From an uncultured Chlamydiae bacterium (GTDB lineage: Bacteria; Chlamydiota; Chlamydiia; Chlamydiales; SM23-39), in the NCBI GenBank assembly GCA_903893545.1, contig CAITMJ010000033.1, forward strand, positions 8,069-72,068: a stretch of DNA of 64,000 nucleotides. The letters are read 5' to 3'. A program made the translations under genes and the position numbers. Positions 47,833 through 56,523 of the stretch are shown one piece after another. A model generated the notes under the pieces. That model saw only the letters and a list, made by a program, of their open reading frames with translations, had not been told where the DNA came from and searched no databases. Within the stretch, counting starts at the first letter, position 1, and every line of letters starts with the position of its first letter.

Positions 47833-47915
47833 TGCCGGTGACCGGACTCGAACCAGCACTCAATTGCTTGAAGTAGATTTTGAGTCTACCGCGGCTACCA
47901 TTACGCCACACCGGC
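47833..47915 (-). tRNA. tRNA-Leu (anticodon CAA)
   Basis: Reverse complement is GCCGGTGTGGCGTAATGGTAGCCGCGGTAGACTCAAAATCTAC...GGTTCGAGTCCGGTCACCGGCA. Long variable arm. Confidence 0.9.
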
Positions 47916-47954
47916 ATAGGATGTGAAGCCGCTTATTTTAAGCGATGGAGGATT

Positions 47955-47999
47955 TTATACACAACGTGATTCAGAAATCGGCTTTTGCCAAAGCTGGCG
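47955..47999 (+). repeat. 45-bp direct repeat, copy B
   Basis: ttatacacaacgtgattcagaaatcggcttttgccaaagctggcg. Confidence 0.85.
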
Positions 48000-48023
48000 T
48001 CCAGAATTTGCAAAAGAAAAGCT

Positions 48024-48869
48024 CTAACTATGTGGGTAGCCTTTAGCGGCTTTTTCCCAATCAAAGAGGACTCTCTCGGCTTTGTTGCGGTCCCAACGGA
48101 CTTGAAGGGAAAGATAGGGGTAGGGATGCCGATTATCGGCATTACGCCCTTCGTTTTTTTGGTGGAGCTTGATGAAGATTTCTTTGTTGAGCCAGGGCTG
48201 GGTATCCACTTTGGCGTCAGGCTTGTCATAGCGCTGAAAAGTGATCCACTCTTTTTGAGTTTTGTAGGTGGGGTGTTCTTGGTAATACTGCATGAGAAGG
48301 GTCACGATCTCAAGGGGCTGGTCTTCCATCCCCTGGATGTAAAAGTCTACTTCAGCGCCAATTTGATGTTTTGAAGCCTTGGCTTCTTTCGAGGGGTCGG
48401 TGTAAGAGTTGTGCGCAGGACAGCGATGACCGCTTGTAATGACCACTCGCTTTCCAGTCTTTTTTTGCAGGTAGTTCATAAGCTCGAGGAGGATAGGGTA
48501 GACGTTTTCTTTGCCCCCAATGATGGGTAGGCCGTGGCGAGTCATCCCATCGCAGTCGGCGAGCAGGGCGGGCTTTTCAGGGTCAGACAAGGAAGTATAG
48601 GGAGCATTGAGCGGAGAGCCTTTACAGCGAAAAAACTCCTTTGTGATCCGAGGCAGATGGGCTTCGGTTTCCCAAGGGTAGGAGCTACGCGGCATGTGCT
48701 GGGGAGGGGCGATGGGAGAAAAAACATCGTTCTCGGCGCGGTAGATGTATTCCCCCTTGCTATTTCGTCTCCGAACTTTCTCCTGTTCAGAGCGTTCAAA
48801 TCCAGAGCAGCTCACGAGGATAGAGATTAATCCGCAAATCCGTATAGTCCGGTTTAACAGGGTAACCAT
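48024..48869 (-). CDS. Peptidase M15A-like (YcbK/DUF882-type) lipoprotein
   Basis: 281 aa. Lipobox ILVSCSG. ITSGHRCPAHNSYTDPSKEAKASKHQIGAEVDF fits the SGYR..N....S.H..G.A.D pattern. Confidence 0.65.
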   Translation of the reverse strand: MVTLLNRTIRICGLISILVSCSGFERSEQEKVRRRNSKGEYIYRAENDVFSPIAPPQHMPRSSYPWETEAHLPRITKEFFRCKGSPLNAPYTSLSDPEKPALLADCDGMTRHGLPIIGGKENVYPILLELMNYLQKKTGKRVVITSGHRCPAHNSYTDPSKEAKASKHQIGAEVDFYIQGMEDQPLEIVTLLMQYYQEHPTYKTQKEWITFQRYDKPDAKVDTQPWLNKEIFIKLHQKNEGRNADNRHPYPYLSLQVRWDRNKAERVLFDWEKAAKGYPHS

Positions 48870-49950
48870 GCTTGAACCTCAACTCCATTGCAGACAAAAC
48901 GAAGAACCAAAGTACCAGGCTACGCTCGCTTTTGCAAATGTTCTTTTGCCAAGACTTTCAGAGGGGATTTTAATGCTCGATGTCAGCGGCAACTTCCAGG
49001 TTGTCGGCGATGCGGTTTTAAAACTATTCAACAAGGAAAAAGAGGCTCTTTTGCAGAGAAGCTTTTGGGATGTTTTTCCCGATGACCATTTCGGCTTTTC
49101 CATGCGCGAATCTCTTCGTTACGGAATCTCTCACGGGTTGATTTACAAGTCACTATCTGGCATGGAGTTAGAGATTTCAACATCGTTTTTTTGCGAAGGG
49201 CCAAGGGCTGAGCACGGCCTCATTCTCTTTCTTCGCGATATTACCGCCTGGCAAAAGCTACAGCAGATGGCCAAAAGAACCGACCGGATGAAGGAACTCG
49301 GGGAAATGGCGGCAAAGTTGTCCCATGAGATTCGAAATAGCCTCGGCGGGATCCGGGGATTTGCGAGTTTGCTATTTCGCGACCTCTCAAACCAGCCCCA
49401 TCTCCAGGAAATGATTGGCCGCATTATCGAAGGGACTAAGGCTTTAGAGCAGCTCGTGACAACCATTCTTGTATATGCCCGGCCGATAGAACTTGTAGAA
49501 CAGACGATCGATCTTTCTCAATTCATGAGGCAAACGGCAAAAGCGTTTAAGATCGATCCCAATTTCCCAACGAATGTGAAGTTCATCCTCCATATTCCAG
49601 ATGAACCGATCCTTGTCCCCGTCGATCCCGATGCCTTAAAACGGGCTCTCCTCAATCTCTTTTTTAACGCGATCCAGGCAATGGACGCGGGTGGCGAATT
49701 GACGGTCTCTTTATTGAAATACGAGCTGAGTTGCCAAATCTCCATTTCAGATACCGGAATTGGAATGAATGAAGAGCAGTTAAACTCCCTCTTCTCTCCC
49801 CTATTTACGACCAAAAGAACTGGCAATGGCCTCGGCCTTGTCGAAACTAAAAAAATTATCCAGGGACATGGTGGATCGATTGGAGTCCGCTCTACGCTAG
49901 GCCGCGGCAGCACATTCCTCCTGACGCTCCCTTTAAAGAGGTGCTCATGA
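48868..49950 (+). CDS. ctcB: Cytoplasmic PAS-histidine kinase (NtrB/AtoS type; CtcB-like)
   Basis: H-box AAKLSHEIRNSLGGI, N-box LLNLFFNAIQA, G-boxes DTGIGM and GNGLGL. Start chosen at ATG 48868 because the longer ORF overlaps the divergent gene. Confidence 0.8.
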   Translation: MLEPQLHCRQNEEPKYQATLAFANVLLPRLSEGILMLDVSGNFQVVGDAVLKLFNKEKEALLQRSFWDVFPDDHFGFSMRESLRYGISHGLIYKSLSGMELEISTSFFCEGPRAEHGLILFLRDITAWQKLQQMAKRTDRMKELGEMAAKLSHEIRNSLGGIRGFASLLFRDLSNQPHLQEMIGRIIEGTKALEQLVTTILVYARPIELVEQTIDLSQFMRQTAKAFKIDPNFPTNVKFILHIPDEPILVPVDPDALKRALLNLFFNAIQAMDAGGELTVSLLKYELSCQISISDTGIGMNEEQLNSLFSPLFTTKRTGNGLGLVETKKIIQGHGGSIGVRSTLGRGSTFLLTLPLKRCS

Positions 49951-51275
49951 TTGAACGTGTTCTCGTAGTAGATGATGAACCTCTCATCCGCGATTTTGTC
50001 GCTGAGATGCTTCGGCGCCAAAAATTTGATGTAACCGTGGCTGCCAATGGAGAAGAGGCGATCGCCAAGTTGCAGACAAGCTCCTTTGAAATGGTAATCA
50101 CTGACCTAAAAATGCCGGGCAAAAGTGGCCTCGATGTCTTAAAAGCGGCAAAAACATTGCACCCTCAAATCATTGTCATCGTCGCAACGGCTTTTGGAAG
50201 TATCGAAACCGCTGTGGAAACAATGCGGCTTGGAGCCTTTAATTTCCTGATTAAGCCCTTTTCTCTAGAAGCTTTGGAGATCAATGTAGAAAAGGCAAAT
50301 GAGCATCTTCGGCAAATGGCCGAAACGCGCTTTTACCAAGAAGAGCAGACGCTCTTTAAATGCCCTGCGCTGATCGCCAATAGCCGCTCTATGAAAAAGA
50401 TCCTTCGCGATCTGGAAAAAATCGCAAAAAGCCAGGCGTCGGTCTTTATTACGGGCGAATCGGGAACCGGAAAAGAGGTCATTGCAGCGGCCATTTGCCG
50501 CCTCTCCCCTCGGATCAATCAACCATTTGTCAAAGTCAATTGCGCAGCAATCCCAGAGACGCTCGTCGAATCGGAATTCTTCGGCCATGAACGAGGCGCT
50601 TTTACCGGCGCTGCCCTGCGTAAGATCGGCCGATTCGAACTGGCCGATAAAGGGACCCTCCTTCTCGACGAAGTGACTGAGATTCCACTCAACTTGCAGG
50701 CAAAACTTCTCCGCGCTATCCAAGAGATGGAATTTGAGAGGGTCGGAGGAACCAAAAGCATCAAAGTCAATGTCCGCATTTTGGCAACTTCCAATCGACC
50801 GATGATAGAAGCGATTGAATCGAAGCTGTTTCGAGAAGACCTCTACTATCGCCTCAATGTCGTCCCAATCCACATCCCGCCGCTACGGGAACGAGTGGAA
50901 GATATTTTGCCGCTGGCAGAATATTTTTTGCACCGTTTCTGCATCGAAAACCATAAACCGAAAAAAACAATCTCAAAGCGGGCTGAGGAAAAGCTTCTTG
51001 CCTACCACTGGCCGGGCAATGTCCGCGAACTTGCAAACATCATCGAACGGACCGTTGTCTTAGATTTTGATCCGATCATCGATAGCGAACATTTGTATTT
51101 AGATAGCATGCCGCCAATCAAAAAAGAGGCCACAACACTTCATGCTTTAGAAAAACGGCTCATCTTAGATACGTTAGAAGCGCAAGGACAAAATCGGGGA
51201 AGAACTGCAGAGCTTCTCGGAATCAGCGCCCGGACGCTTCGGAACAAGCTGCAGGAATACGCGGTTGAAGAATAA
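49941..51275 (+). CDS. ctcC: Sigma-54-dependent response regulator (NtrC/AtoC type; CtcC-like) with C-terminal Fis-type HTH
   Basis: Receiver (VLVVDDE...DLKMPG), AAA+ (GESGTGKE, GAFTGA, ESEFFGHE) and HTH (RTAELLGISARTLRNKLQEY). Confidence 0.92.
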   Translation: MLMIERVLVVDDEPLIRDFVAEMLRRQKFDVTVAANGEEAIAKLQTSSFEMVITDLKMPGKSGLDVLKAAKTLHPQIIVIVATAFGSIETAVETMRLGAFNFLIKPFSLEALEINVEKANEHLRQMAETRFYQEEQTLFKCPALIANSRSMKKILRDLEKIAKSQASVFITGESGTGKEVIAAAICRLSPRINQPFVKVNCAAIPETLVESEFFGHERGAFTGAALRKIGRFELADKGTLLLDEVTEIPLNLQAKLLRAIQEMEFERVGGTKSIKVNVRILATSNRPMIEAIESKLFREDLYYRLNVVPIHIPPLRERVEDILPLAEYFLHRFCIENHKPKKTISKRAEEKLLAYHWPGNVRELANIIERTVVLDFDPIIDSEHLYLDSMPPIKKEATTLHALEKRLILDTLEAQGQNRGRTAELLGISARTLRNKLQEYAVEE

Positions 51276-52824
51276 CCATATATTTTCTGGCAATCTCTAG
51301 GTAAAGCGTCCATTTATCGTCAGAGCGCTTTCCCACCTGATACAAAGCCTTCTCCATTCCGTAGAAAAGCACAGAAGAGACAAACTCCTCTCTCATTTCA
51401 AACTCTGCGAGCGCTTTTGATCCCTTTTTTTCACCGGCTAACACTTCTAAATGCCCGATCATTCGCTCTAAACTCTCTTTGATCTCTTGCGAAAGATCTC
51501 GCTTCATCTCGGGCATCGGGTGCGCCGCGATCAGCTCGGAGACTTTTTCTCTGATTTTCTCTCTCTTTGGAAAGGCGATCTTTTGCAAGGCAATCTCTTC
51601 AAACCCCTCGATCCGAAGTCCCCCTTCTGCGGCATTGACCCAGCGAACTTCCGGATGTTTTTTTGCAAAATGAGCGATGGCCGAAGCTTCCATAACCCAG
51701 CGCACAGCGGTATCGACGAATTTTCCCCGCTTATCTTTTTTACGCACAAGGCGATCTATTGAAGCGGTCACCGCTTCAATTTTTTTACCGTCGCAAACTC
51801 CCGCTGTATAGCGCTTCCCGCCCGTGTAGGCGAGATCGACGCCGGCAAGAATGATCGTCGAGCAGCCTAAATGATGCGCAAAGGAAAGGCAAATGGTTAA
51901 AACGGAGAGCGATTCATCCGAGAGATCTTGGCTAAGAAGGGGCTCGGTAAGGCCTAGAGTCTCTTCCATCCAAAGTTCAAGCACGCCGCCGATCCCAGAG
52001 CGAAAGTATCCAAAAGGGCCCTTGCAAGTGGTAAATACGGCGGGAAATAAACGGGTGGAAAAAAGAAGAGGGCATTCGATGGCAAAGTCGTGACAAAATC
52101 GGTGATACTCTTCCACATTCGGATCGACCGCCATCCCAAAATGGGGCACAATCCCCTGCTTGCTCAGAGCCGCAACCGCAGATCCCCCCGCAATCACAAC
52201 AGCTCTTCCCTCGAGCTCTTTTAAGAGCGGAATCACCGCCTCTAAAGAAGGTCCTGCGCCGCAGATAATTGCAGTCTTCCCTAGAAAAGCGTTGTGGAAA
52301 CGATTGGCATAAAAAGCCCGTTTTACATGGGGAATATTTTGAACGAAATTGTCAAATAGCCGATAGCCGGAAAGCCGCTCGGTTACAAGAGAGTGGGAAA
52401 TGGTTGTCTTTCGAAAAAGCTCCATCCTCATTTTCTTGAGGCGAGGCGTCTTTTTTGCCGCGAGAAGTTCGATCCTCCCCGCCGGATATCTCTCTGCAAG
52501 ATCTGCCGGATCAAAAGGACCAACTTCAAGCTCTACCTGCGGATCTACAAAAAGATCGGTCTCATGGTCCAAAAGAGCTGCAATGCCCCCCGGATCCTCC
52601 TCGATAAAGACAAGGCGGCGCTCCGGATTTTTATGGAGCCAAACTTTGAACTGCTCATAGGCAAAAGAGGCGGCAAAAAGATAGAGTACTTCGATCTCTT
52701 CGAGCTTATCTGGTAGAATGAGCTCTACGGCCGCCACTTCTTTTGGCTTCCAATGAGCAGCGAAGAGCGCATATCTCGAATACCGCTCATAAACCTTCTC
52801 TATGTTAAGAGTTCGGTTGTCCAT
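51223..52824 (-). CDS. DUF115 / MptE-like (Maf-type) protein
   Basis: AIICGAGPSL...GGSAVAALSKQGIVPHF...AVDPN pattern. Start set at ATG 52824. The 3' end overlaps ctcC convergently by 53 nt. Confidence 0.65.
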   Translation of the reverse strand: MDNRTLNIEKVYERYSRYALFAAHWKPKEVAAVELILPDKLEEIEVLYLFAASFAYEQFKVWLHKNPERRLVFIEEDPGGIAALLDHETDLFVDPQVELEVGPFDPADLAERYPAGRIELLAAKKTPRLKKMRMELFRKTTISHSLVTERLSGYRLFDNFVQNIPHVKRAFYANRFHNAFLGKTAIICGAGPSLEAVIPLLKELEGRAVVIAGGSAVAALSKQGIVPHFGMAVDPNVEEYHRFCHDFAIECPLLFSTRLFPAVFTTCKGPFGYFRSGIGGVLELWMEETLGLTEPLLSQDLSDESLSVLTICLSFAHHLGCSTIILAGVDLAYTGGKRYTAGVCDGKKIEAVTASIDRLVRKKDKRGKFVDTAVRWVMEASAIAHFAKKHPEVRWVNAAEGGLRIEGFEEIALQKIAFPKREKIREKVSELIAAHPMPEMKRDLSQEIKESLERMIGHLEVLAGEKKGSKALAEFEMREEFVSSVLFYGMEKALYQVGKRSDDKWTLYLEIARKYMVILQPRIPAACSEASGR

Positions 52825-53167
52825 GGAGCCGTTGCAGTAATTGTGGATAGGGGGGCAAGAAACCCACTGATTTAATTTCGTTCGCCTCTTTCCAAAACGT
52901 TCGAATGCCACCCGCATGTGCCAAGCACCAAAAAGGAGCCTTCAGGCTCGAATTATAGCCCATTGCCTGCGCATAAGCATCTTCATCGATCGATGCTCTC
53001 TTGCATTCGATCAGCAATAAAGCGGCACCATTTTGCAGGTAGACGATAATATCTGCGCGCCTTCTTGCGGCGATCGAAGCTTCTACGGAAACGAGTCCTT
53101 TAGGGAAAGAAAGAACCCCGAGCATCTGCTGTAAAAGCGCCTGGCGAACTTTCTCTTCAGGTCTCAC
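52805..53167 (-). CDS. HsdR N-terminal-domain-like small protein
   Basis: 120 aa. PEEKVRQALLQQML...RRADIIVY...LLLIECK resembles the type I restriction R-subunit N-terminal (PD-(D/E)xK-like) domain. Confidence 0.55.
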   Translation of the reverse strand: MRPEEKVRQALLQQMLGVLSFPKGLVSVEASIAARRRADIIVYLQNGAALLLIECKRASIDEDAYAQAMGYNSSLKAPFWCLAHAGGIRTFWKEANEIKSVGFLPPYPQLLQRLHGQPNS

Positions 53168-53787
53168 TGGATCTGAACCAAACCGTAATTTTCATCTTTG
53201 CGACGGTAAATCACTTTGACCTTTTGGTCTTCCTCAGAGCGGAAAATTAAAAAAGGTTCATCGGCGATTTCCATTTTTATCACCGCTTCATCTTGGGTCA
53301 GCGTCTTTAACTTCATGGTCTCTCTTGCGACGATTGCATGCAGTCTAAACCGCTCCTCTTCAATGCGGGCATTTTCCGCTTCAATGTCTTCATTGATCAC
53401 CTTTAGATTGTCTTGGAGCGGCTGAATCACATTTACGTGAATATCGACGGTGCTTAAATCCTTAAAGCGATGCGATTGAAGCTTTGTTTTATAGCGAGAA
53501 ATCAATCTTACCAAACGATCTGTCGCCTTATCGATCGCAGAGTACATGTTGTCAGTGCTTGCCGTTACTTTGATGTGATAATGGATAAAATTCATCAAGA
53601 TTGAACAAGAGTGTTCGAGCTTTTGGGCATCTAGAGTCACAACTACATCGATGATGTGATCTGCGAGCCTTTCCACTTTATTGAGCTTTTCAAACACATA
53701 GTTTCGTATTGCATCCGTAATCTGAAAATGTTTTCCGACGATCGAAATATTATAGCCGGCATTCGGCTCGATTTCTGGCTTTGCCAT
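53164..53787 (-). CDS. hpf: Ribosome hibernation promoting factor, long form
   Basis: GKHFQITDAIRNYVFEKLNKVERL N-terminal domain plus a C-terminal dimerisation domain. Confidence 0.88.
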   Translation of the reverse strand: MAKPEIEPNAGYNISIVGKHFQITDAIRNYVFEKLNKVERLADHIIDVVVTLDAQKLEHSCSILMNFIHYHIKVTASTDNMYSAIDKATDRLVRLISRYKTKLQSHRFKDLSTVDIHVNVIQPLQDNLKVINEDIEAENARIEEERFRLHAIVARETMKLKTLTQDEAVIKMEIADEPFLIFRSEEDQKVKVIYRRKDENYGLVQIQ

Positions 53788-53867
53788 AGATGATGCTCCT
53801 AAATTGTTCCACGATCTTATGCCCGCATAAGCATTTTTTCAAGAAGAATGATAGAGTTATACACAAC

Positions 53868-54419
53868 ATGACTGAAGAAAAAACCACCGGCCTTCTACTG
53901 CAATCGATTCCTTATCTCGGCCAAAAACGGATCTTGAAAGTGTTGACGGCAGATAGCGGCCTCCTCTCCTTTTTTACTAAAGGAAAGCTCTCCCCCGTCC
54001 TTGCGACCCCTTTTGTCTTTGCAGAATGGGTGTTTCAAAAAACGCAAAAAGAACTTTACCCACTCACCGATGCGACGCTCTTAGACGACCTGTCTCACCT
54101 AAAAAAAGACTACCCCTCTCTCCTCGCTGCAGGCCAGCTAGCAAACGACCTGCTCCGGACGCAGGTTCCCGGAGGAGATGCCCAAGGGCCTCTCACCCTA
54201 GCCCTTGCCTGCCTACGCAAGCTCCCCCTTTTTAAAGAGCCCGCCATTCTTCTGGCTGCCTTTCGCCTAAAGCTCCTGGCCCTAGAAGGTCTTATCGACG
54301 ACCTTCCCCCGCCCTTACAAGAGCTTCTTGCCGCAAAATCATTTGCCCACCTCGCTTCGCTCTCAAAAGACGAGCAGGTTTGCCGAGAAGTAGATCTACT
54401 CTTCGAAGAAAAGCTATAA
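53868..54419 (+). CDS. recO: RecO-like DNA repair protein (short)
   Basis: TTGLLLQSIPYLGQKRILKVLTADSGLLSFFTKG resembles the RecO OB-fold N-terminus. At 183 aa it is shorter than typical RecO. Confidence 0.45.
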   Translation: MTEEKTTGLLLQSIPYLGQKRILKVLTADSGLLSFFTKGKLSPVLATPFVFAEWVFQKTQKELYPLTDATLLDDLSHLKKDYPSLLAAGQLANDLLRTQVPGGDAQGPLTLALACLRKLPLFKEPAILLAAFRLKLLALEGLIDDLPPPLQELLAAKSFAHLASLSKDEQVCREVDLLFEEKL

Positions 54420-54440
54420 AGATTGAACCATGAGAGATAA

Positions 54441-54467
54441 AACACAACAAAGGCGGGGAAGCCCCGC
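54441..54467 (-). terminator. GC hairpin plus T-rich tail after tRNA-Arg, also facing the recO-like gene
   Basis: gcgggg-aag-ccccgc. On the minus strand it is followed by CTTTGTTGTGTT. Confidence 0.5.
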
Positions 54468-54497
54468 ACCCCAATAGAAATATGTTTTTTGGGGAAT

Positions 54498-54570
54498 TGC
54501 ATCGGAAGGGACTCGAACCCCTAACCCCTTGGTCCGAAGCCAAGTGCTCTATCCATTGAGCTACCGATGC
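54498..54570 (-). tRNA. tRNA-Arg (anticodon TCG)
   Basis: Reverse complement is GCATCGGTAGCTCAATGGATAGAGCACTTGGCTTCGGACCAAGGGGTTAGGGGTTCGAGTCCCTTCCGATGCA. Confidence 0.9.
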
Positions 54571-54585
54571 CAAGAAGAAGAAGAA

Positions 54586-54669
54586 TGCGAAAGGAGGGAC
54601 TCGAACCCTCACGAGCGTGAGCCCGTTACCACCTCAAGGTAGTGCGTCTGCCAATTTCGCCACTTTCGC
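54586..54669 (-). tRNA. tRNA-Leu (anticodon GAG)
   Basis: Reverse complement is GCGAAAGTGGCGAAATTGGCAGACGCACTACCTTGAGGTGGTAA...GGGTTCGAGTCCCTCCTTTCGCA. Lies 15 nt upstream of tRNA-Arg. Confidence 0.88.
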
Positions 54670-54704
54670 AAGAATGAAAGTCAAAACTATACATCTTGTC
54701 TGAG

Positions 54705-56300
54705 TTACGTACAAGAGGAACTTGCAAATTCATGAATCCAGGCCTCGGCCGTCAATGAGTGCCCTGTCACATGCCGTACCAGCTCGCTCCATGGCATCTT
54801 ATTGCCGGGGTTAAAAATTTTCTTCTGTAAAAACTCTCCAGCCTTTTTTGAAGAAAGGAGATGATCGCCGCATTCTTTGGCAAGCGATTCCTGGATCGCA
54901 GAGGCAAACATCTCGCCGAGAAGATAGGAAAAATAATAGACCGGGGCAAGTCCGATATGGTACTTACACGCCCAATCAAACGCCTTTTCTCGGTGTTTTG
55001 GAGGGGTTATTTTCTGGAATTTTTCCACAAGGCGCCACCAGAGCCCATTTAAATCCTGGGTGGGATCGCGGTAAAGCTCGCTCTCAAACTCTGTCATCAC
55101 AAGAACCCACCGGCTAAAGATCAGCTGCCGCCGCTGCAGGCTTTTTTCTACCTTTTCTAAAAGCTCTTTTTTCTTCTCTGCCGACTTTCCGATCAGAAAC
55201 TTGAGCGAATTTTCCAAATACGCCTGCCTTCCTGCAATCAGCGCCATCGCTTCTGTCGTGATCATGTGCGGTGGTTCGCGAAGAAGCCAAGGGAGCTTTT
55301 CATCAAATCCCAGCTCGTAAATCGCGTGGCCTAGCTCATGGAGCACAGTCTCTAGCCACTTCAATGAAGAGCGAACGTTATTGAGCGTACGCACATCTCC
55401 TGTCCGATCGATATGGATACAAAATGCGTGCTGATTCTTCCCTGGCCGCTCAAGCATATCGCTACGCGCTAAAATCGGCCCCACATCAACCCCTAATCGC
55501 TGGTAAAACGCTTCACTTCTCTTTGCAAGGTCGACCCCATCGACGATCGTATCGAGCTCTTTATTATCGAGCGGATCTTCTTGGCAAAACGGATTAGTCC
55601 AGCACCAAGGCCCCACTTCTTTTGTATTAAACTTCTTTCTAAAAGAGGCATTGATCTCATCGATCACCTTAGCGTACGCTGCGTCTGATTTCTTGCCCAA
55701 ATCTTCCAATGTCGCAAGGAGCCATTTTGCATCTACCTCTTGCAAATCGAGCTGCATCTGAAAATAATCGGAATAGCCAAGGCTTTTGGCCGCCCTATTG
55801 CGAAGATCGACGAGCCCCAAAATTTGCGGCGCTAACACAGCCCCAATCTTTTTCGAAGCCTCCCAAACCGCTTTTCTCTTCTCGACATTCGATTCCAATT
55901 TTAGCGCTTCTAGAATATCGTTCTCAGAGGCCTTTTTACCCTCTAGCTCCGGTCTAAACGATGCGTAGCTTTGGGCCAGAGCCGCCTCTTTTTCAGCCAT
56001 TTCCTGCAAAAGCTCTTTGGGCACCTGATTTTGCTTAAAAGAGCGGATAAGCACATTGAGCTGCCGCTTTAAAAGAGGCTCTTTTAACGCAGGGTCCCGA
56101 TCCCAAGCCAAAAGCTGCTCATACACCTTTGAATCATTGAATAAGAACCGAAGTTCCGTATCCAGGTCAGCCTTTAAATCGGCTGCATCTTGGGCTCCCG
56201 TTGTCTCGAGCAGCCAGAATGCCTGATTGAGCTGTTTAGATTTTTTTGCGACCTTTGGGACAAAAGTCTCTAAAAAGTGCTGGAATGGATGTTCTTTCAT
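54705..56300 (-). CDS. Gluzincin metallopeptidase (HExxH...E; M2/M3/M32-like)
   Basis: 531 aa. VLHELGHAIYELGF with a downstream TTEAMALIAG. The subfamily cannot be assigned by eye. Confidence 0.7.
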   Translation of the reverse strand: MKEHPFQHFLETFVPKVAKKSKQLNQAFWLLETTGAQDAADLKADLDTELRFLFNDSKVYEQLLAWDRDPALKEPLLKRQLNVLIRSFKQNQVPKELLQEMAEKEAALAQSYASFRPELEGKKASENDILEALKLESNVEKRKAVWEASKKIGAVLAPQILGLVDLRNRAAKSLGYSDYFQMQLDLQEVDAKWLLATLEDLGKKSDAAYAKVIDEINASFRKKFNTKEVGPWCWTNPFCQEDPLDNKELDTIVDGVDLAKRSEAFYQRLGVDVGPILARSDMLERPGKNQHAFCIHIDRTGDVRTLNNVRSSLKWLETVLHELGHAIYELGFDEKLPWLLREPPHMITTEAMALIAGRQAYLENSLKFLIGKSAEKKKELLEKVEKSLQRRQLIFSRWVLVMTEFESELYRDPTQDLNGLWWRLVEKFQKITPPKHREKAFDWACKYHIGLAPVYYFSYLLGEMFASAIQESLAKECGDHLLSSKKAGEFLQKKIFNPGNKMPWSELVRHVTGHSLTAEAWIHEFASSSCT

Positions 56301-56316
56301 GAGTATTCTCGTAGCA

Positions 56317-56523
56317 ATGAAACGATTCTGTTTATTCTTAATCGACCTCTATCAGGCAGCCATCAGTCCCTTTATGGGCCATTGCTGCCGCTTTACTCCA
56401 ACCTGTTCGGAATATGCCAAAGAAGCCATTCAAAAGCACGGCATTTGCAAAGGCTGCGGCAAGACCGCCTGGCGCATCTTGCGCTGCAATCCTTTCTGCC
56501 GCGGCGGCCTAGATAATCCTTAA
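56317..56523 (+). CDS. yidD: Membrane protein insertion efficiency factor YidD
   Basis: LIDLYQAAISPFMGHCCRFTPTCSEYAKEAIQKHG. An alternative start at 56299 is possible. Confidence 0.85.
   Translation: MKRFCLFLIDLYQAAISPFMGHCCRFTPTCSEYAKEAIQKHGICKGCGKTAWRILRCNPFCRGGLDNP

Noticed and set aside
47735-47917. Track ORFs overlapping tRNA genes. This one overlaps tRNA-Leu. The same applies to 8021-8290 over tRNA-Ser and 54110-54612 over tRNA-Arg and tRNA-Leu.
   Set aside because: Their reading frames run through well-folded tRNA genes or terminators, so they are spurious.
48867-48870. A CATG palindrome in which divergent genes (M15-like lipoprotein and histidine kinase) would share start-codon bases. 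The same pattern occurs at 56298-56301 (peptidase and yidD).
   Set aside because: It most likely reflects uncertainty in start-codon choice, since downstream ATGs exist for the kinase and yidD. It is not a real shared-start architecture, and the sequence alone cannot resolve it.
50265-50873. A 202-aa minus-strand ORF inside the sigma-54 activator gene.
   Set aside because: It is antisense to a clearly functional AAA+ domain and has no independent support.
52842-52850. tgtggatag, a DnaA-box-like 9-mer.
   Set aside because: It is a single imperfect copy inside coding sequence, with no cluster and no adjacent A/T-rich unwinding element.
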